A DNA stretch of 48,925 bases. Source: a virus (Duplodnaviria; Caudoviricetes). A model generated the notes under the pieces. It had not been told where the DNA came from and did not search any database. It worked only from the letters and a program-made list of their open reading frames with translations. Positions 44,549-48,925 of the stretch are shown piece after piece. The first letter of the stretch is position 1. Each line of letters starts with the position of its first letter. The stretch lies in IMG/VR virus record IMGVR_UViG_3300037721_000067, positions 1 through 48,925 of that record. One strand, written 5' to 3'. The translations under genes and the position numbers were made by a program.

Positions 44549-45027
44549 GACGGGTCCTGGGTGGGTGGTTCCTCGGTCACCAGGAGCCGGGTCTCCACCA
44601 CGGCGGGGCGCGCCTGGACGCGGCGCAGGCGGCGGACGTCGCGGATGATCTGGACGGCGCGCCACCAGCACGCCACCGCGATGCCGGTCACCAGGCCACC
44701 GGAGGCGAGGGCGTCCAGTCCGGACAGGGCGGCGATCGCGGCGGAGTAGACGGTGACCATCGCGCCCAGGCCGATGATGCCGCCGCATTCGACCATGAGT
44801 CCCCAGCCGAGGGGGTGCCGCCAGTAGATGCCGAACAGGCAGATCAGGCCGTTGACGGCGATGGCGGCCAACCAGACGTTGACGAACCCGGCGGGCAGGG
44901 CGTTGTCGAGGCTGCGGGGTTCACGTTCGGCGAGCATGATGGTCAGGGCGACCAGTGGGCAGGCGGCGACGATGGCGACCTGGAACGGGTGTCGGCCGGT
45001 GGTGATTTCGAGTGGCTTGCGTTGCAA
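44545..45027 (-). CDS. Four-TM membrane protein (lysis cassette type)
   Basis: RBS GGAGG; four hydrophobic segments. Confidence 0.75.
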   Translation of the reverse strand: MQRKPLEITTGRHPFQVAIVAACPLVALTIMLAEREPRSLDNALPAGFVNVWLAAIAVNGLICLFGIYWRHPLGWGLMVECGGIIGLGAMVTVYSAAIAALSGLDALASGGLVTGIAVACWWRAVQIIRDVRRLRRVQARPAVVETRLLVTEEPPTQDPS

Positions 45028-45169
45028 CGGTTGACCTCCCCCGGTGCCCAGTCCGGTTTCGTGCGGGTCCGGAGGGGCGGTCCCCTTGCCCGGGGGGAAC
45101 CGTTTGCCGGTGAGGTCAGGATAGCTGCAAGATCCTCTGTCCGGGCTGGACAGCCGTGGGCGCGGCGGG

Positions 45170-45430
45170 TCAGTCGGCGTACGGGCCGGGTTGGGCGCTC
45201 TGGTCCGCGGGCACTTCGACCCCGGCTTTGCTGAGTGCGGCGATCAGGGCGCGCTGGTAGTTCTTCAGGTCGGTCTGCTGCTGGTTGACCAGCTTGTGGA
45301 CGTCGTCGATCTTCGCTTCGGTCTTGCGTGAGCGGATCAGACCGGTGACGGCGGTGATCACCAGGGCCACGGCGGTGAACACGGCGGCGCTGGCGGTGAT
45401 GATGGACACGATGGTGGTGGCGATAGGCAT
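45170..45430 (-). CDS. Single-TM membrane protein (holin-associated type)
   Basis: N-terminal TM followed by KIDDVHKLVN. Confidence 0.7.
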   Translation of the reverse strand: MPIATTIVSIITASAAVFTAVALVITAVTGLIRSRKTEAKIDDVHKLVNQQQTDLKNYQRALIAALSKAGVEVPADQSAQPGPYAD

Positions 45431-45533
45431 GTGACCAGCGTGTCAGGTCGGCGGGCCGGGGGTGGGTTGCGACGCGGCGACGCCCGCCCCGGGGCAGGCC
45501 GGGACGGGCGTCGGCTGTTCTCGAACAGATGTT

Positions 45534-45755
45534 CTAACGGTGCATGGCGGCGTACCGGTCGTCCATCTCGGTCTCGGTCCTGCCGAGGTGCTCGGTGAGC
45601 AGCTCGTCGAGGTACGCGGGGTCGTGGACGCCGCGCAGGGTGAACCAGGCGGTCAGGGCCTCGCGGGTCATCGGTGCCTCGGCGGGGGTGAGGCAGACGG
45701 TGCCGCCGGTGGCGTGCAGGCCGATGGCCAGTTCTGCGGTGGTGAGCGCTGCCAT
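45534..45755 (-). CDS. Small hypothetical protein forming a stand-alone cassette
   Basis: RBS AGGGAG; promoter P8 upstream; hairpin ~45478-45512 downstream. Confidence 0.7.
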   Translation of the reverse strand: MAALTTAELAIGLHATGGTVCLTPAEAPMTREALTAWFTLRGVHDPAYLDELLTEHLGRTETEMDDRYAAMHR

Positions 45756-45792
45756 GCGGTTCTCCCTGGGGTCGTAGTCCGTTACCCCCATG

Positions 45793-45836
45793 ACGGTACT
45801 CGCTCTCCCCTAGTCAGTCAACGGTCGGGGGGTGAT
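45793..45836 (-). promoter_or_regulatory. Conserved extended promoter P8
   Basis: ATCACCCCCCGACCG-TTGACT (45816-21), 17 nt, TACCGT (45793-98); overlaps the globin stop. Confidence 0.8.
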
Positions 45837-46524
45837 CCTCGTCGGCGGGCACCGGCGCGGCGATCACCTTGCCGCGCACGTCGTACAGGGTGGCCAGGGT
45901 GAACAGGCATACCCAGTCCGGGACCCCCAGACCGGTGATCGTGGTCATCAGGTGCGCGACGGTCCGCCAGTACGCCTCCGCGGTGATACCGAGGTCCCGG
46001 TGCGCCGTCACCAGACCGTCCACGTCGAAGTGCACGGGACCGCCCCACAGCTGTCCCAGGAACAGCGCCTGGTGCCGGATGAGACGGTCCCGGTCGATGC
46101 CGTTGAAGTACCCGGCCAGCAGCGGATCGGCGGCCACCACGGCGTAGAACTGCTCCACGGCGGCGCGGATGGCATCGACCCCCACCGTGTCGTAGGCGGT
46201 CCGGCCGTCCGTGCCGATGTTGGTCTGGGTGTTCTCCGACGAGGTCACCATGGCGGCTCCCGGGGTCTGGACGGCCGCGGGGATACGGACCGCGGATCCG
46301 TCGAAGCTGAGGTCGGTCAGGATCGTCGTCGTCGTGGTCGCGCCGACGTGGGTCAGGGGCGTGGTGCGCTGCCCGCGGTACGGATTGGACAGTTTCCAGC
46401 ACAGCCAGGCGGTGCCGCCCAGACCGGCGGAGATCAGGCCGACGGTGCCCGCGGGGGTGGCGGTGTCCACGGAGTACTGAACACCGAGGACCAGCCCGCC
46501 TGCCAGGTCGTCAATGAGGGACAT
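45814..46524 (-). CDS. Group I truncated (2/2) hemoglobin, possibly with an N-terminal membrane anchor (alternative start 46251)
   Basis: VEQFY (B9/B10), LAGYF (CD1), HQALFL, GGP and AHRDLGIT (proximal His F8) motifs. Confidence 0.85.
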   Translation of the reverse strand: MSLIDDLAGGLVLGVQYSVDTATPAGTVGLISAGLGGTAWLCWKLSNPYRGQRTTPLTHVGATTTTTILTDLSFDGSAVRIPAAVQTPGAAMVTSSENTQTNIGTDGRTAYDTVGVDAIRAAVEQFYAVVAADPLLAGYFNGIDRDRLIRHQALFLGQLWGGPVHFDVDGLVTAHRDLGITAEAYWRTVAHLMTTITGLGVPDWVCLFTLATLYDVRGKVIAAPVPADEDHPPTVD

Positions 46525-46584
46525 CGGCCGATCCTAGAACAGGGTGACCCCTACCGTGTAGGTCCACTCCTGCTGACGTGGCAG

Positions 46585-47385
46585 CTACCGTCCGCGGACG
46601 TCGGCCCACAACAGGATGTGCGTCCGCAGGCACAACCCCCACCCGCGGTGCCGGACCGCGTCGGCGACCGCCCGGCCGGTCGCGGTGACCGCCTGCGCCG
46701 TCACCCCCTCCGGCATGATCATTACCCGGGAGTCGGGGATCTTCGCGCACGCCACGATCTCTTCGACCTCGGCCAGGTCCTCGACGTCGGTCACGACGAA
46801 CTTGAACGCCGCCCGCCGCTTCAGGGCGACGAACGTCTCCAGGACGGGCGGCCTGATCCGCTTACTGCGCGGGTTGCCGGAGTGGGCCAGCTTCGGCGAC
46901 ACCACGAACAGGTCGGTCAGGGCGGCCAGCGCCACCGTCGGCGCGATCGTCCCGGCCGTCTCCACGTGCACGTCGTTGTCCCACCACTTCAGTTGCCGGA
47001 CCAGCGGCAGCAGTGCGTCCTGCTGGATCAGCGGTTCCCCGCCGGAGATCACCACCGTGGTCTTGCGCTTGTCCAGCGGCCAGCACCCGCGCAGCCCGTC
47101 GAGGACCTCGGGGATCGTCATCGTGCGGGCGTTGTCGGCCCGGTCGTACACGCGCGGCCGGTCCAGGTAGGCGGCCAGGTCCTCGGTGAACGCCCACGTG
47201 TACGCGGTGTCGCACCACCGGCAGCGCAGGTTGCACATGGCCAGCCGCAGGAACACGCAGTGCCGCCCGGCGGCCGGTCCCTCACCCTGCACGGTGGGCC
47301 CGAACACCTCGTTGACGGACAGGGTCAGTTTGTCGGCCCCCGGTGCCGCGGACAGTTCTGCATACAGGGTCAGTTTGTCGGCCAC
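46585..47385 (-). CDS. queE: 7-carboxy-7-deazaguanine synthase (radical SAM)
   Basis: EVFGPTVQGEG, FLRLAMCNLRCRWCDT, ISGGEPL, VETAG, VSPKL, KFVV and RTHILLW motifs; GTG start inferred. Confidence 0.9.
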   Translation of the reverse strand: MADKLTLYAELSAAPGADKLTLSVNEVFGPTVQGEGPAAGRHCVFLRLAMCNLRCRWCDTAYTWAFTEDLAAYLDRPRVYDRADNARTMTIPEVLDGLRGCWPLDKRKTTVVISGGEPLIQQDALLPLVRQLKWWDNDVHVETAGTIAPTVALAALTDLFVVSPKLAHSGNPRSKRIRPPVLETFVALKRRAAFKFVVTDVEDLAEVEEIVACAKIPDSRVMIMPEGVTAQAVTATGRAVADAVRHRGWGLCLRTHILLWADVRGR

Positions 47386-47408
47386 CGGTGCCGCGGACAG
47401 TTCTGCAT
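47319..47408. repeat. 45-bp tandem duplication (2 copies, 1 mismatch) at the queE 5' end
   Basis: ACAGGGTCAGTTTGTCGGCC(C/A)CCGGTGCCGCGGACAGTTCTGCAT x2. Confidence 0.95.
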
Positions 47409-47594
47409 CGGGTACGGCAGTCCCGCCGCGGGCGCGTCGTCCAGCATGATCCGGACCCGCCGCACCGACCTGCGCAGCACCCACCGTTGCGTCCCCGGTA
47501 TCCATCCACGCTCCCAAACGGCCGCGGCGAACCCGACGGGGCCGCCCGCCAGCACGATAGCTCCGACCGTCCATACCCAGTCCTGGCCCGTCAC
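47370..47594 (-). CDS. Small membrane protein
   Basis: RBS GAGGAGAGGG, GTG start; one TM segment. Confidence 0.6.
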   Translation of the reverse strand: MTGQDWVWTVGAIVLAGGPVGFAAAVWERGWIPGTQRWVLRRSVRRVRIMLDDAPAAGLPYPMQNCPRHRWPTN

Positions 47595-47710
47595 GGGTTT
47601 TTCCCTCTCCTCGTCGAACGCCCCTCGCGACGGCAGGACAGCCGCGCGGACGGGCGCGCGGTCCGGACCAGTCGCCTCCCAGTGCACCACACTTCCCTGC
47701 GCCGCCCGGC

Positions 47711-48310
47711 CTACTCGTCGTCCTCGTCGACCATCGACGCGCCCGCCCGCCGCGCCAGCTCCTGCGACACCTGCAACAACCTCGCCCGCCGCTCGTCCGC
47801 GGTCAGCCTCGACATGTCGTCGGTCAGGATCGGCCCGCCACCAGGACCGGTCACCCCCGTGATCACGGTCGGCTCACCCAGCGCGGTCGCCTCGATCTGC
47901 GTGCCGTACCGGATGAACCGGACCACATCCAACGCGGTCATGTTCTCCGGCTGGATCTTCTGCAACGCGGCCACCGCCTTGGCCTGCAACGCGCCCGCCA
48001 TCTTGCGGTGCCGCGCGTACATCTCGTTACGCAACGTGATCAGCCGCTGGGCCTCACGCTGGTCATGGGCCAGGTCGTTCGACTCGGCGCGTTCGGTCCA
48101 CCGGTACTCGTACGCGTACTGCATCAGCGTCCGGTACGACACCCGGTCGTCGCCCACCCCGTGCAGAATTTCCACGGCCTGTTTCAGTGTCCGGGTGCGT
48201 CCCAGCTCCATGAACACGCGGAAGCGGGAGTACTGCTTGTTGGTTTCGCCGGGTTGCCGGTCCCAGGGTTCGCGGTCGGCGGCGAGGTGGATCGGTTGCT
48301 TGCTCGCCAT
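47711..48310 (-). CDS. Terminase small subunit-like protein
   Basis: WDRQPGET..YSRF, WTERA and TGPGGGPI motifs; upstream of terL. Confidence 0.7.
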   Translation of the reverse strand: MASKQPIHLAADREPWDRQPGETNKQYSRFRVFMELGRTRTLKQAVEILHGVGDDRVSYRTLMQYAYEYRWTERAESNDLAHDQREAQRLITLRNEMYARHRKMAGALQAKAVAALQKIQPENMTALDVVRFIRYGTQIEATALGEPTVITGVTGPGGGPILTDDMSRLTADERRARLLQVSQELARRAGASMVDEDDE

Positions 48311-48347
48311 GGGCGGCCCCCCCGGGTGGTGGTGCGGTGCGGTGTGG

Positions 48348-48572
48348 TCAGGACGGGACGTGGGTGATGGTGGTGAGGGTGGCGGCGCAGTGTTCGCAGA
48401 CGCGTTCGGTGCGGTCGATCTGGGTGCCGGTGCCGTGCTGGCCGTGCCAGTTGGTGCGTCCCTGGAGGTACCGCATGGGCTGGTTGCAGCACAGGACCGT
48501 CTGGGTGAGCGACTGGAGGGTTTGCAGGGTGAGCCCTTCCACGGGTGTGGGGTCGCCGGGTTCGTCGCTCAT
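48348..48572 (-). CDS. Small zinc-ribbon hypothetical protein
   Basis: CCNQPM...CEHC; ATGA coupling. Confidence 0.55.
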   Translation of the reverse strand: MSDEPGDPTPVEGLTLQTLQSLTQTVLCCNQPMRYLQGRTNWHGQHGTGTQIDRTERVCEHCAATLTTITHVPS

Positions 48573-48736
48573 ACGGGGCTCGTGAGGGCGCGGAAGGTGG
48601 GGGCGGGGTGGTCGGGGTCGTGTTCGCAGCGTTCGTGGACGCCGAAGGGCGGTAGGCAGCGGATCGGGATCATGATCTCGTCGAGGCGGGCGAGGGCCGC
48701 GGGGGACAGGTTCTGGACTAGGTCGTCTTGGCACAT
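48569..48736 (-). CDS. Small hypothetical protein
   Basis: MCQDDLVQNL...; overlaps both neighbours. Confidence 0.45.
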   Translation of the reverse strand: MCQDDLVQNLSPAALARLDEIMIPIRCLPPFGVHERCEHDPDHPAPTFRALTSPV

Positions 48737-48925
48737 CAGAGCCTCGTGAGTGGGTCGTGTCCGGCTGCCATCAGCAGGGTGACGATGGAGACGGTGGCGG
48801 TGGGGTTGTGGCGGGCGTCGCCGATCGCGGCGAGGGTGCGCAGGGCGCGTAGGACGATGTCGGGTTCGGTGGCGTCGGGTTCGGCGAGCCATTCTTTGGC
48901 GTGGGCGATGAGGCGGCGGGCTTCG
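48736..48925 (-). CDS. Hypothetical protein, 3' end only
   Basis: Open frame EARRLIAHAKEWLAEPD... ending at TGA 48736-38. Confidence 0.45.
   Translation of the reverse strand, partial: EARRLIAHAKEWLAEPDATEPDIVLRALRTLAAIGDARHNPTATVSIVTLLMAAGHDPLTRL

Larger units (their letters stand above)
1..48925. mobile_element. Actinobacteriophage/prophage segment (siphovirus, cluster-B-like virion genes)
   Basis: Terminase, portal, MuF, capsid, tail tube, tape measure and minor tail genes are co-oriented on the minus strand; no host housekeeping genes; no att site or integrase in the window. Confidence 0.95.

Overview
This is a very GC-rich actinobacteriophage (or prophage) genome segment; the host is probably a filamentous actinomycete, inferred from the DUF397 and neprosin genes and the HrdB-type promoters. 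The minus strand carries a near-complete siphovirus virion module resembling mycobacteriophage cluster B. From right to left it encodes small terminase, QueE, a truncated globin, holin-like membrane genes, large terminase, a DUF1360-like protein, portal, MuF-like protein, capsid maturation protein, glycosyltransferases, separate capsid hexamer and pentamer proteins, tail tube, fiber, neck genes, chaperones, tape measure and minor tail proteins. A ~10 kb plus-strand island (23.1-33.2 kb) splits the head module. It is built from cassettes, most headed by a conserved extended promoter (ATCACCCC-N7-TTGACT-N17/18-TANNNT; 7 copies in the island, 9 in the window) that is often fused to the upstream terminator hairpin. 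The island carries a nucleotide-sugar dehydrogenase (apparent ATC start), an unannotated 59-aa LPKTG sortase-type micropeptide translationally coupled to a hyaluronan-synthase-like processive glycosyltransferase, a secreted neprosin protease and an orphan duplicated DUF397 protein. Other highlights are a ~550-nt apparently non-coding, stem-rich region (candidate structured RNA), tandem identical-loop hairpins in the capsid leader, and a likely virion glycosylation system. No integrase, endolysin, tRNA or CRISPR array was seen. All family calls come from motif recognition by eye, not database searches.
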